Positions 22,255-34,695 of a DNA stretch of 64,000 nucleotides are shown piece after piece (the stretch's first letter is position 1; each line of letters begins with the position of its first letter). The DNA is from Paecilomyces variotii (lineage: Eukaryota), in NCBI GenBank assembly GCA_004022145.1, contig RCNU01000001.1; one strand, 5' to 3'. The notes under the pieces are model-generated. The model saw only the letters and a list, made by a program, of their open reading frames with translations. It ran no database searches and had not been told where the DNA came from. A program made the translations under genes and the position numbers.

Positions 22255-23185
22255 ATGTCGAATCCGCATCCGGACTCACCAGGTCGTCCCGGGCTACGGA
22301 AGAGATTACTCAACAGAATCTCCACGGCCAAAGATGGAAGACCCTTTTCCCTGCGCAGAGCCTTTCGCTCATCTCTATCGAGGTATGAATATCCTTGGCC
22401 CCGTCCAGTTCTCTAAATGTTCCCTCGTCTGAGATTCATGGTGCCTCTTAGCCCCGATGTTACTAGAGACTGAAGCCAACTTCGACAGACGGGATGTACG
22501 CCAAACCCCAACCTTGTGTGCCGACAGCCACGTCCAGAACGTCCAGAACGTTCAAAATGTCCAGCAAGATCAGGACATGCAGCATCGGACAGGATTAAAT
22601 GCCATCACCGAGTCCTTGGGTCTCTCGCAACAGTTCTCCGCATCTAAACAGGACCCCGTCGAATGGCACTCCCGCTACCGCAGCTGCGCTCGACATTTCC
22701 TGGACCACGGCCAGCACAGCATGTTTGTGCAGTCGTTAGCAGCCTTTCTCAACATCTATCTGCCCTGCCAGAGACCGACGGACCCCATCTGCGGCTCTTC
22801 TGATCAACATCCCAGTAACTACGGCTCCGATTATGGTTCGACGGCTCCCGGCCGTTCGCCATTCTTTTCCTTGATTCCATACATCCGCCGCCTCATCGTC
22901 ACCGGAACAGACTCCCCGTCAGTGCTATATGAGTTCTTTGGCGGTGACTGGCTCGCGGGGGTCGGACCCATCCATCGCCAGGAACGCATCAACTACCTGT
23001 TCACGGCCAAGAGCAGCGGTTGGGCTGCTACGAAGCGAGAGTACGACATCCTACCCGACCAGCAAGTACCATTCTTACGGCCCATCCGTGATCCCCTGGA
23101 AGAAGAGATAAGCGCTGCTGAGGCCCGATGGAGCGAATGGTTGGCGATGGAAGACTGGATGGTGGGGCCCAGGAGTCCCTTCTGA
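22255..23185 (+). CDS. Conserved fungal hypothetical protein (exons 22255-22382, 22489-23185)
   Basis: Intron GTATGA...CAG joins in frame. C-terminal block RRLIVTG-DSP-VL--FFG-DW--GVG...ERINYLF-AKS...WSEWLAMEDWMVGPRSP is typical of an uncharacterised Pezizomycotina family. Confidence 0.85.
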
Positions 23186-23989
23186 ACCCTTTTCTACTTA
23201 GTAATTGTCGGGGACATTTTTTCAAAAAAACGGGTAAAAAGAGGCAGGCAGGCAACTGCGTCAGTGGAATATTGGGATGGAGTTCTCTGGAGTATGGAGT
23301 TTGTGTGGAGCCGAGGCCAACCCCCTCTGGCGGCGCTTGTCTCTGTTAGCTGTTTCCTCCTTCCCCTCCGGGTGTTAACGTCTTTTAATAATGTCTAACG
23401 TATTGTTATCTCTCTGAATCGATTTTCTTATATCAACGTCTGCTCCCTGGATTTGCGAATTGAATTAACCACTATCCCCAGTTCTTCGCTGTCTCTGCTG
23501 TCTTGCTCTTTCTGCTGTTCGACTTCGTTCCCATGAACAGGCGAGATCCCCCGACACACGGACCTCTTCCCCTGCGAACGCCATCATAGCTTGAACGCTT
23601 TAACGCGGCAGCGAATGAGAAGACGTTTTTCCTTGTTGTTGAACGGGTAGTAGTTCACAGTTGCTAGACTAACCACTAGGTATTTGTCACTGATGGGGAC
23701 GCTTGGCAGATCGGCAATAGCTTCGGTTAGGGCCCACTCGGCAGTGCCCGGACTGAGTTTATTCTCTGAACTGTCTGGGGTGAGAGCAAAGAAGGGGAGC
23801 ACTGGGATGCGAAGAGTGATGCGAGTGATGAGATACAGCTGGCTGCGATGATCCTCGTCTGGACTCTGAAGGGATGTATCACCGCCCAATTAAGGTGATC
23901 AGCATTGGCTGGATGGAACTTGGCTCTGCTGGCTGACATTGGGCACTAGAGTATTATCATACCAGTTGCCAACTTGTGCCTGATCTACG

Positions 23990-24200
23990 ACACATAAATC
24001 CTCTACGCATCGTCTACCAGCCTGCTGTCCATTGTCGGTTAATAAGTCTTGAGACATCTACCGCATGCGACGAACATGGCGACTTTCAAAGGAACGCTAT
24101 CTTCGCTTATCTAATATTGGCATGAATGCCGCATGGGCGCAGGTTTCCCAGAGATCCCACCTGGTTCGAGGAGTGCTGGAGGTTTTGGTAAGGCTTGGCG
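23990..24200 (+). pseudogene. Possible degraded paralogue of the 8657-9883 gene
   Basis: Fragments PLRIVYQPAVHCRLISL and MPHGRRFPRDPTWFEECWR parallel PLPRYIPYVILYRLLEF and RPVGKPFKPYDLGAPTWFEEQR in the same order, interrupted by stops/frameshifts. Confidence 0.3.
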
Positions 24201-24874
24201 CAACGTGCTAGGTACAGGGTTTGACTCTGATATGACTTTTACCTGAGGGTAAGTGTATATCTTCCGTACGAGCAATCTCGATACTAACTAACGTAACTCG
24301 AGAACGTTTGACCTACGGACATATCTTTGAAGCCGTTGAGAAGATCATGCAGCCATTGTCTTTAGAACAAGACAGCTCACTTTGCCATCGTGCAAGCCGT
24401 CGTCGACTCCTAATGCACGGAATTCCACGCGGTCTTCTAATCTTCTAACGCAGCAGATCTAGTATGCATCACATGACCCACTCCGGAACAGGAAGGTCGT
24501 CAACGGCGTCCCGTGCGCTGTGCACGGCCACAGCGACTCGGCCCGTTTCTAACACGATCTTGGTCGGAGTCACCGAAGCGTCTCTCGTTATTATTAGTCG
24601 ACACCAAATCAACAGGGGCCGGCGCACTAACTTTGTTTTTGTTATTTGCGGACGACGAGCTTTCGTCGGATGAGTCATTATCAATGGCAGTCTTATCTAT
24701 AAGTTAAGGGAGCGTGAGACTCATTCTGGAACATCGTCCAAGCTGCCAATCTTCAGCTCAGCTACCAGGGTCCGTTTCGTTTCCTCTCACGAAAAGCCAA
24801 TCTAGCGGTGCAAGGTACAAGCCGCAGGCACGGGAACGGTATTAATAGGGAGCCACTACTGTTGGGAGCTACTT

Positions 24875-26044
24875 ATGCAAGTCATGGCCACCCGAGGAAT
24901 TTGGAATCATCCTGATCCACAAACCACGATCCTACCGCTCCTGCGCACTCATCTTCCTTACAGCCTGGCCGTGCTCAGGAGGATTCAACATAATTTTGCC
25001 TACCCGTCCTCGACGGCGCATGTCATCGCAACCTTTCCGCCCCAGTCACCAACAGTGTCGGGCCTCTCTCCCTCATCGCCATGGATAGTATTGATCGTCG
25101 ATTTATTCCGCGGCCGGGAGACCCAGGCATACATCTACTCGAGCCTGGAGAAGGATGGAGCTACCCGGCCTCAAGCCTCGGAGAATTTCGTGTCTAAGCT
25201 CACGGCTCCTCCAGAAAGGCTAGCTGAAGCGCAGGGCCGACTTCTTGCGCTACTGAGGTACGTCAAGACAAATCTGCTTCCGGAGTATTTGGCATCGGAA
25301 GCATCCACTATAGATCCGCTTTCTTCCTCCAATGCCAGTACGACAACAACCCCACTGGCCAAGGTTCCCGCTCCGCCGCCTACAGCGTTCCTCTTCGGGG
25401 CCATGCATACGGGCCTCCTAGCTCTGCTCACGGCATCTGGGGATTATTTAGATCCAAACACCATCCCTGGTGTTCGGATTATCCGTCGAGATGATCCACC
25501 CTATATCAAGTATCTCTTCCCGCCAGAAACAGGCAGGTCCTCTTTGGATCAATCCGGAGAGCCAACGACCAATGCTCTTCCCCAGGGATACCGGTTCACA
25601 GATCGAAAGGGGCGCTATGGTGTCCTCCCGCACCAGTTTGATCTGGTCAGTAGCCGAACGCACATCCCTCGATCAAGGGCATCTCTGGCCAAGATGGCGG
25701 GTGTAGCTATTTATTATGATGGTAATACTACAGATTCGACAGAGGAAGACGAAGACGAGGAGATGCCTATCGCCTGGGAGTTTCTCGGATTCGATGGAAG
25801 CCTCGCCACGTTGCATGTCGAGCCTGAACATCGAGGTCGTGGATTAGCCGTGCAGATCTCCAAGGAAATCATGCGCTCCAGGTTGCTGGAAGGCGCGATC
25901 TTTCGGCAGCAAGGGGACAAGGAGGAAGCGTGGGGACATGCGGATGTTGCTGCTAACAATCTTGCTAGTAGAGCTGTGATGGAGAAGGTTGGCGGCAAGG
26001 AAGCCTGGGCTGATACCTGGACAGTCATAGAGCTCACTGATTAG
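24875..26044 (+). CDS. GNAT-family acetyltransferase (FR47-like C-terminal domain)
   Basis: Acetyl-CoA motif A LHVEPEHRGRGLA and motif B ADVAANNLASRAVMEKVG in a 389-aa intronless ORF. Confidence 0.88.
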   Translation: MQVMATRGIWNHPDPQTTILPLLRTHLPYSLAVLRRIQHNFAYPSSTAHVIATFPPQSPTVSGLSPSSPWIVLIVDLFRGRETQAYIYSSLEKDGATRPQASENFVSKLTAPPERLAEAQGRLLALLRYVKTNLLPEYLASEASTIDPLSSSNASTTTTPLAKVPAPPPTAFLFGAMHTGLLALLTASGDYLDPNTIPGVRIIRRDDPPYIKYLFPPETGRSSLDQSGEPTTNALPQGYRFTDRKGRYGVLPHQFDLVSSRTHIPRSRASLAKMAGVAIYYDGNTTDSTEEDEDEEMPIAWEFLGFDGSLATLHVEPEHRGRGLAVQISKEIMRSRLLEGAIFRQQGDKEEAWGHADVAANNLASRAVMEKVGGKEAWADTWTVIELTD

Positions 26045-26110
26045 TACGTACTATTGAGCAAGTGGACTGCATATAGAACATGCCAAGTTTCTACTATTTA
26101 TTGTAGAATC

Positions 26111-26200
26111 GCTATCTCTCTGTATCTGAGCTAACCTTTTCCCGAAAACTGCTATGTGTCTATTGTGATATGGCGCGCATCCCTGAAAAGACTTGTTTCT
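26111..26200 (+). repeat. Degenerate direct repeat, left copy (right copy 27617-27690)
   Basis: GTATCTGAGCTAACCTTTTCCCGAAAACTGCTATGTG...CCCTGAAAAGACTTGTTTCT versus GTATCTGAGCTAACCTTGTCCCAAAACTACCATGTG...CCCCGAAAGATATGTTTCT. Confidence 0.85.
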
Positions 26201-26433
26201 TGAGATTTACTTGCTGCATGCGATGTTTTTGTTTTTGTTTTTTAGACTAGACCTCGAGCTTATTTTGGTCTCTAACTAAGACAGAGGGGCATTCTGATCA
26301 CTGGCTAGCTACGAAGCATGTTATGTGTGGACTAAAAAGCGGAATGCGCTGGAGTCGTCTCTAGCACTCAGAAATTGTGACTTCGAGAACAGCAAGAATC
26401 AGCTAATTAGATACAGATTATTGAAAGATATGC

Positions 26434-27473
26434 CTAAGCAGGAACAAGGTTCATGAATCTGAGACTTCTGGTAGCATGGTCACGCAATCGCTCAACATCC
26501 AGGTAAAGGATATCATTCCGGTTGCGACCGGCTAACAGTGCGTCACCAAAAAGATCACCTCGTCGGATCTCTAGTCGTTGGAGATTCGTAGTGGTAGGGC
26601 GTGGGAAGACAGTCTGTATATATAAATACCATGCGATAAGTAAGTAGAACATCGATGAAAAAGCCTCGAATATACGTATCTCGATTTGTTTCAAGATAGG
26701 GATGTCGTTTCGATCTCTCATGAAGAGCTCGACAGTCCCTGAGACGCGACTTCCTCGCAACTTTGCCCATTTGACGATGATGACAATCTTGATAGAGCCA
26801 TTGCCTCCCACCAACAACAGGTTCATGTCGTCGTAAATTCGTCCCTTCGAATCACTCCAGCCACACTCTACGACAAGAGTTGGGAGGATGTGATCGTTGA
26901 CTTGGAAGAAAAGGTCCGGCTCTTTCCTGGAGCCACTGTAGGGGCCGGTCGTGAAATGAAGGGCTAGGTATACATATGTAAGAATAGAATTACTGTTCAA
27001 ACAGTGAACGATAAGGATAACCCACTTGTGCCAACTCCCGGGTGTAAAAGCAACTCTTCTTCTCGCGTGATGTCACCGTTCAACAGCCACTCGACCAGTT
27101 GCTTTGTGAGCCAGCCTTGGACGCAGTCATGGATCCATGTGAACACCACTCTTATTCGTAATGTGTGGGTTATAGTATTGTAGCTTTTTCTGTGGTAGGA
27201 TAAGTAAGACTTTCAAGGGTGATTAGATATTACAGAAGAAGGTCTTTAAAGAATTTACCGAGACGGGATACTCTCATCGATAAGCTGTAAAACGGCCTCT
27301 CCCCAAGAGGAAGGCACGTCGATGAACACAAACTCGTGATACTCCTTGACTTGATGCAGTGCGGAGAGAATGTAATCTTTGAAATCACTCTGGTTATCGA
27401 ACTGATTTGTAGAAGTTACCGTGATGGAGGAGCCAGGCTCATAAGTAGGGGTGGAAAGGGGAATGTCTGACAT
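26434..27473 (-). CDS. Uma2/PD-(D/E)XK restriction-endonuclease-fold-like protein (exons 27473-27259, 27189-27026, 26963-26434 with a questionable third intron 26679-26614)
   Basis: Spliced product has IHD...W followed by KEPDLFF...LPTLVVECGWSDS...DMNLLL, the PD...P-x-LVVE-x-G-x-S pattern of fungal Uma2-like proteins. Confidence 0.75.
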
Positions 27474-27616
27474 GGTGAGGGGGAGAAGTGAAGGAGGGGA
27501 CAAAAAAAAAGAGAGAGTGAAAGCGATATAGGAAGGAAAAATTGTTACGGAACTGCCTGGAGTTGTGAATTAAGCATACCGACTAATAGTTACTACCGCC
27601 TATGTCGTAAGTATCT

Positions 27617-27690
27617 GCTATCTACTAGGTATCTGAGCTAACCTTGTCCCAAAACTACCATGTGCTCGCGTCCCCGAAAGATATGTTTCT
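27617..27690 (+). repeat. Degenerate direct repeat, right copy (left copy 26111-26200)
   Basis: Shares an identical 17-nt core GTATCTGAGCTAACCTT and collinear similarity either side. Confidence 0.85.
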
Positions 27691-27707
27691 CAGTCCAAGA
27701 AGAAACG

Positions 27708-29136
27708 TCAACACCAACCGCCCTGCGAGGTCCATTCAGATTCAGACTTCGTCCGGAACATATCCAACACGAGGTCACTCGCAAAATAATTCGTCGGATT
27801 GTTCAACAGTCCCCTGAAGTCAGGACAATGGCGGAGCTCCTCAGCATGATCAACTGCTGCCTGAAGAGCGAGTTGCTTCATCTTGTCTTTCAAAGACTTG
27901 GGAGGGACCCCAAAGGTCGTGTCAAAGTAAATGATATCAACGGCATTGGAGAACGACTTGCTGTTCCATTTGTTTCCACAGACATTCTCGAACTTGTCCG
28001 CGCAGATCTTGGTGAGGCCGCGGATCTGGTACAGCTGCGCAGCGCGATAGACGTGGGCGTGAGCCCCGAAGATATCCTCGGGACAACGCGAATTCGAGAA
28101 GCCGTACTCGTCTGGATAATATAAAAGAGACAAGTCAGTTTCTATTACATTTTTCCAACAAGACTCCTCCCTTCGAGGTTCTTACCTTCGGCGTCCTTAT
28201 GTTCGAGATCATAGTCGACATGAGTATCGTAGTCTCCGGTGTAAATGTACTGAATGACTCTACGGAGAGTCCGTCCGTCAATGTCCGTTTGGACCCAATC
28301 TTTACCATTGACATCCTTGCCACCCCATAAGTCGGCAATGGCGCTGGTCCTCATGTTGATAAAGAGCCAGTGGGCATCGACCGGCGGGTATCCGTCAACC
28401 GAATAGAGCCTGACGTCGGAAGTCTTTTCATCTCCCCAGAGGCTGTATTTTGTTAGCAGCCAAAACATATCATTATCAGAAGCTCTGAAATGGCAATCAG
28501 ATGATACTCACTCTTTAAATTTGGCCCAGAAGTTCTGAGTATCAGACATATCCCAGTCTTCCTCATCAACTTCGGGGTTGCTATTGATTTTCATCAGTAC
28601 CACTAAGCAGATTCCAAAAGAAGTGCCACGCTTATACTTACCGGTCTGGTGCCGTGCAAGAGGTTTCAGGCTCTGGCGTCTCGGACCCGCAGGCACCACT
28701 GCTGATATGTAAGATAAAGAATTTTAACGTATCCTTGGCAGGATATAGCATTACCTGACAGACATGGCCTCGACCTTCTCCTCCTTCGGCGCGGAATCCC
28801 AGGAGGGTGTCTGCATAGCCGTACTGGCGGTATCCGCACTGCTGCATGCACAGGTTAGTAGATGCATGTGTACATTTCAAATTGCAGTGTAATATTACCA
28901 TTCCCAAGGATCCCCAGCCCAGTCGGCCGCCTCATGCTTCGTAGTACGCTGAGATGCAGGATTCCTACTCATAATTATATCATATATCAGCTCATGTCTT
29001 CGGTATGTACTAGGTCATGTCATGTCAGATCTTACCAGCTGTCATCCATGTACTCTTCATCGATCCTAGGGCTCCACCCATAGATGGACGCAGGAGCAGT
29101 GCTGCGAGCACTGGAAAAAATTGTTCCGCGAGCCAT
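27708..29136 (-). CDS. BTB/POZ domain protein 1 (seven exons; start codon tentative)
   Basis: Six GT-AG introns splice in frame. SDVRL...VDAHWLFINMRT...LRRVIQYIYTGDY and HAHVYRAAQLYQIRGL...W...F...V-IIY match the fungal BTB plus helical tail pattern. Confidence 0.8.
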
Positions 29137-29681
29137 ATTGGACTTGGCCAGTGCCCGTGGCCGGTCGTCGAAGAAGGGGGGACAAGGAAGAAGGATGCTA
29201 TAGATCGATGATGTTGCGGAGGGCAGATGAAAAGGGAGAGAAGATGGAGATCGCAAAGGGGAGCGATGCAGAGAAGCTCCTTTATGAACCTCAGGATAGA
29301 AGCGGGGCAATCGTCAGGTGAATAAACATGACAATATTGTGACGGGGACTCCCATCAGATGGTGGATTATGTTGGGAAATCCCGCTTGTCATGGTATACA
29401 TACAGGGATGCTTTGTGTATTCACATTTTCATAACTGTGTGTCTGTATGTTTTGCTGCTAGATTAGGTACTCTTCGTAATGGCGCCAGCAATTTGATTAC
29501 TCGTTTCAGTCATATAGGATAAACAGAGTGCAACTTGGGAATTTCTTGTATTTGAACTTGACTATCCTACGGACATTATACGGATGAAGTTTGTAATTCT
29601 GCCTCTCATTCCACAGTGAGAGAGCCAGGCTGCATGCTTGAGCCACCCAGGAAAGATTCCACTCACCAAGGGCGAACCATG

Positions 29682-30541
29682 TCACAATATTCCCACAGAA
29701 TGTTCCCACAGAAATCTCTTCGCCAAATCCTCTGCGAAATCATGACTCCTATCTATGACATGGATGAACTCGGGGCGCTCACGAAGTTCTTCCGCGTGGC
29801 TGATGGCCGTATCAACAATCACAGGACGTAGCGCCATACAGTTGAAGAAACAAGCGTAGTGGAAAACCATCTCTGCACAGCGACAAAAGGATTGAACGTT
29901 CCAGTTGGTAACGATACTCTTCTTGAACTTTTTCACACAGAGATCTTCGAGGCCCTTGACATCGTAATCGATGGCGGTTGAACAGACAATCGCGTGGATG
30001 TTCAGCGAATCGACATCAGGTTCAAATTCTATCAAACAAGAGAAATAGATGGAATCAGTCTCTAGAATCATCGTATTTAGCGAGGGGAGTTGCGATACCT
30101 TCCTGGACATTCGCTGTTCTTACATCGAAGCTGTAGTCTCCAGTATAGATATACTGCAGCATCAACTTCAAACCGCCGATGCGAGGTTCACGTTCCATGT
30201 AGATGTCGTATTTTCCACCTTGATCCTTCTCGACTTCACGGAAGTAGGGGCTGCGAGCCTTAAGGATCAGACGATGAGCGGGAAAAGGGACCTTCTTGCG
30301 ACCCAGGTAAAGTGTTATATCCGAGTCTTCAGAAGAGCCGTAATAGCTGTGAAATACATATCAGACAGCTTTCCAGGGCCATGTTTTCAAGCGTGTATTA
30401 TGAGATAAGATAGAAAGGGAACCATGATAAGACTCACCCTTTGAAGACACTCCAACAGTCTTCCTTTTGTTGTCCGTTCTCGTCAGCCATTGTAGCAACA
30501 CTTTCAGTTTCTGTGCTCAGACGGCGCTTTTTAGCTAACAT
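29682..30541 (-). CDS. BTB/POZ domain protein 2 (three exons)
   Basis: MLAKKRRL...CWSVFKG|YYGSSEDSDITLYLG...FPAHRLILKARSPYF...MLQYIYTGDY|...IHAIVCSTAIDYDVKGLEDLC. Confidence 0.85.
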
Positions 30542-32234
30542 GCTCGTAGCTGGGTAGATGGATTGAACTGAGAGGATGAGGTTGAGATAGCAGAGTGGCC
30601 TGAAGGTAGAGAAGAAGTCGAAACTCGACGTTGTGTGGTAAAACTATAACACTAGGCAACATCACTTGCGGTTGCCTATGTTCCAACCTCACCTCAGCCG
30701 ATCACTTCTTGTAGAAACACCGATATGATGTCGATGATTGAATGTTGCTGCAATAGGCATATTAGGGAACTTCAGGTTTAGTAATAGTGATAGTAGGGTT
30801 GATATTCAAGGGATATTTCATGTGGGAGAGTGGATTGGCTCTATGTACTTTTTGCATACAAAGGCCATCCAAGAAGTATTTTCCATTGTGGAACTACATA
30901 GTATCGAATAGCCAGAGCTTGTGGAGAATAAAATCACGAATCTCAGACGACCGGCGAGGGAATCGAACTAGATAAGAGCATGGAAGAAATCGGAAATGTA
31001 AGGATAAGTCAAGAACGGAAATTGCAGAATCTCTTGTTTCCGTTCCTTACTTCCTTTCTTTTCTGCTATAGTAAATGATGGATTTGTATTCAGAGCATAT
31101 ATGATTGATAGTTAAATGAGATCCCAGCGTCGATCAATCCCCGGAAATGGTAGCGTTGTTGGACTTTTGAGTCGTTTGAAATGCCAGGGTTTATCAGATC
31201 ATATTATGTTGACCTATTATTGAATAATATTTTTGAGATGGTCTCAGCTGCGCGCAACATGAAACCCAATCCGCAAGACGGCTCACTTAATCTATTGGAA
31301 GCTAGTTTATGTTCTGTCGAGCTCAGAGTTCTGGGCGCTTATCGTACACGAATCACCTAGAGGAGTTGTAGCGACCTTGGCGATCGGCATTGAGTGCGAG
31401 GCAGAGAACTGCGATAGCGCTGGATATTATTTTAGCTATATTTACCCAACAGTCTTGATTATTCAGTTGGGCCCAGTAACTACCATGACGCTTCCCAGTG
31501 TTTCAAACGCCCATGCCAGCTCCGGTTATGAGCGTGAAACAAGGCTACTGTAAGATGACAGACGGTCGGCGCTTTCGTTACTTAGAGTGGTATCCTGTAG
31601 ATCGTAGCTCAGTAGCATTTGAGTCTGCATCACATCTAGTTCTTTCTTCGGCGCTTAATCCGCTCAACATGACTGGAGGTCAACTGCTTGGCAGCTAGGG
31701 ATCTCAACTCGTCAAACAAATCAGCAACCGAGATCGCCACGTCTGGCCGTGGGGGCTGCTATTATCAACCAATAATTGCCTACAACTAACACAACTTGCG
31801 AACCTGGCGCTACAATCCCACCAATTATATAAACAGTTGCTTTTGATAACTAGTGCCAAACATGGTTCGTGCAGCTCGATGGACAGAGCAACGTTGTCCC
31901 GGAACTAATATCTAGTTGATGTATGTACTTAGTTAACTATACACAAACCCCGATTGGGGTTACTTGCCTAATGCATCAATATCCATGTCATGAATATAAT
32001 TAGGTATGGACCAGCAGATCCCTATCCAGCTCGCATGCTCTTATTTGTTCGATCTATGCAGCCACTGCTCCTGGCGCGTAGTCGCGACATCGAGGCCCAG
32101 CTATGTAAAACTGCCTGCCCCTAATAGCAAGTATTTCTCCTCATGAAGGACGAGCAGACGCGGTATTTGTCTTTCCTGTCCACATTCACTATAACAGAAG
32201 TATATATTGTTACCGAGTCTGAGTTTATCTGAAC

Positions 32235-34031
32235 ATGCAGAAGGGAAACACCCCCGATGAGAAACGGCACATATTTCGCCTGGCGATAACAACTGCTAAG
32301 GATGACTACGATCGCCCGGCGACTACGTTTAATACCGTCTCGTGGAGCGAGCATCTCTTGTTCGGCCTCCACCTCATCCCCTTGACCCTAAGCATCCTGC
32401 TAATAATTAGCGATATCCGCAACTGGCACATGCCTGGTTACTTGTGCACACTGGTTGATCGATATCGTACCTCTGTTCAAACAGTGGTCCAGGTCATCGC
32501 TGCTATGCTGGCAGCCATCGAGATTTTCGTCCTCTGTCGCCTGATCAACCTGGCGACTAGAATTTGGTTCACGAAAGCCCCCATTTCACTCGATATGCTG
32601 GGCTTCTGGTCGGCGCTCTCCACTCCCACATACAACTGGAGCCTGCCTGCCTGGATGGTTATCATCACGATTCTATTCAGTAATGTGTCTGCAGTGTTTT
32701 CTGCCCTGTGGGCTGGTGCTCTGACCCCAGTAGACACAACCAGCGTCCAAAACGCTACTACTCTTGTTCCAGGCTGGTCCAACTTATCATATATCCGAGA
32801 ATATCCATCGGAGATCGATCAGACCGGCTTGACGATCCGTGATACGAAGGGCTACTTCACCTACTCGGTTGGCGTGGGCATGCTGACGTCTCTACTGTCC
32901 TCAGCCAACTCGGCATCTCCAGTTGATGGCGGTATTCGTGACCATGGCAAGCTGGATAACACACGCTATAACTATCACGGTCGATCTTACGGGGCGGGTG
33001 CAAGCGTTGGTCTCCTCGATGCCTCTGTTCTCGACATCCCCCGTGCCACCAACTATAGCTATGATGAAGTTGGTCTCGACGCCTCTGTCACCTGCATCTA
33101 TAATGACAGCTCGCAATTTGTAATTGACAGTGACCTCCCTGAGACAAATCTTTATGCCGCGGAGGGACCCCTCCCCGACAGCAAATCTTCCTCTGGGGAA
33201 TACTCCGTGTACGTAGGCCGAGGCAGCAGCTCGATCGTTGCCATCGGTGTTGCAGCAGTTCCCACCGCGTTCACAGCAATGCGGTACATGGCTATAGCAG
33301 CGGGAAAGTATTATGCATTCCTGAATGCGACCCAGTGCGCTGTCACCTTCACCCCGGCGCGGTTCAATGTCTCCATCGACATCGACGGCCGCAACATCAC
33401 CGTCAGCAAAGTACCTACAGCTTCCCCGCCTCCCAGCATCGACCCTCACCACAACATGACTCACGTTGTTATGCGCCAGCTGGAGCTCATCTCGAATGAC
33501 CTGACAGGATACTACCGCTCGATCCTCGGCGACACCTTGAACGCCAGTATCAGCGACTATCGGACCTCCGTCATGAACGCTGAGGGGAATACGACTCAAA
33601 CCCTGTCAGAGACACAAGTAGTCCTGAAGGGACTGGAAAACGCCGTTACCTCCCTAGTTGACGACATTCTCGTGGCCTATGCATCGGCCCAGTTGATGGT
33701 GGGAGGTTTCAAGGTCTCCGCGCCCGCACGGGTGTATGTCTCGGCCGTCCGCATCGGGTCACGGGGGTATATTGTTGCCAGTGCGATTATCACGGGTATA
33801 ATTACAATGCTAGTGATTGTGGAAGCCAGCCGCATGCGAGGATGGAGAGCGCTACCAGAATTTGATTACCTGGACAATCGAATGCTAGTTGTGAGTGCGT
33901 CAAGGGGTGGTAAGGGGATCGCCAACTATGCAGAGAAAGTGCAATTCAAAAGTCGGGGTGAAATTCCTGTGGTATGGAGAGGGGATAGTGGTTCCGGGGA
34001 TAGTGGAGAGATTGCCCTTGGGCCATTTTAG
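32235..34031 (+). CDS. Uncharacterised membrane glycoprotein (three N-terminal TM helices, large lumenal domain, C-terminal TM)
   Basis: 598-aa intronless ORF, hydrophobic segments at both ends, many N-x-S/T sequons in the middle. Confidence 0.8.
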   Translation: MQKGNTPDEKRHIFRLAITTAKDDYDRPATTFNTVSWSEHLLFGLHLIPLTLSILLIISDIRNWHMPGYLCTLVDRYRTSVQTVVQVIAAMLAAIEIFVLCRLINLATRIWFTKAPISLDMLGFWSALSTPTYNWSLPAWMVIITILFSNVSAVFSALWAGALTPVDTTSVQNATTLVPGWSNLSYIREYPSEIDQTGLTIRDTKGYFTYSVGVGMLTSLLSSANSASPVDGGIRDHGKLDNTRYNYHGRSYGAGASVGLLDASVLDIPRATNYSYDEVGLDASVTCIYNDSSQFVIDSDLPETNLYAAEGPLPDSKSSSGEYSVYVGRGSSSIVAIGVAAVPTAFTAMRYMAIAAGKYYAFLNATQCAVTFTPARFNVSIDIDGRNITVSKVPTASPPPSIDPHHNMTHVVMRQLELISNDLTGYYRSILGDTLNASISDYRTSVMNAEGNTTQTLSETQVVLKGLENAVTSLVDDILVAYASAQLMVGGFKVSAPARVYVSAVRIGSRGYIVASAIITGIITMLVIVEASRMRGWRALPEFDYLDNRMLVVSASRGGKGIANYAEKVQFKSRGEIPVVWRGDSGSGDSGEIALGPF

Positions 34032-34695
34032 TAGCTGCGTGTTTGATTGGAAAATACTTGAATGGATGCTGAGAAAGGAGTTATTGGGTACGGTTCTCAT
34101 GACCCACAGAAGGTTTTGAGCTGTTATGGTCACTATTCAAGGCGTGCAGGGATAAAATGTGTTCTTTTCAGTGTATATATTTAGAGCAGACGATATTTGC
34201 AATACAATAGTACGACTCTTCGATTACAGAAGGAAAGAAGCTTCACACATATATATCGCGGAAGCCGGAGGGTCTATAAAAAGTCATGGCACACAACTTA
34301 TCATGGGGTTTCCATATATGTTCCATTGTCACTGCGGTTACGATACGGCCGAATCCACCACTCATAAATGGTGTATAGCGCAATCTGATAAGGGCCCCGA
34401 AAAATAGAGGCTCTTATTGTGCTGTCTTCCGCGAGCTTCGACTTTCTTCAATGCGAAGTTTCCCGAGATAGTCAATGAAGCTCAGGAATCGAGTTGGCAG
34501 AGGTTTTTGGGGGTTGTATTAATCGTATAATACTTTCATAAGTAGAGAAGGATATAGTATTTGCGGTTCGCATTCTAAGCGTGTTGTCAAATCGATGCTT
34601 CGTTGCTACATACATGTAGAACAGTGCCTCCCCGACCAGTGTCCCTGCCACGTAAGATGTGCTCTTCTTTCTCCCGTCATTGCAAATATCCCTAG

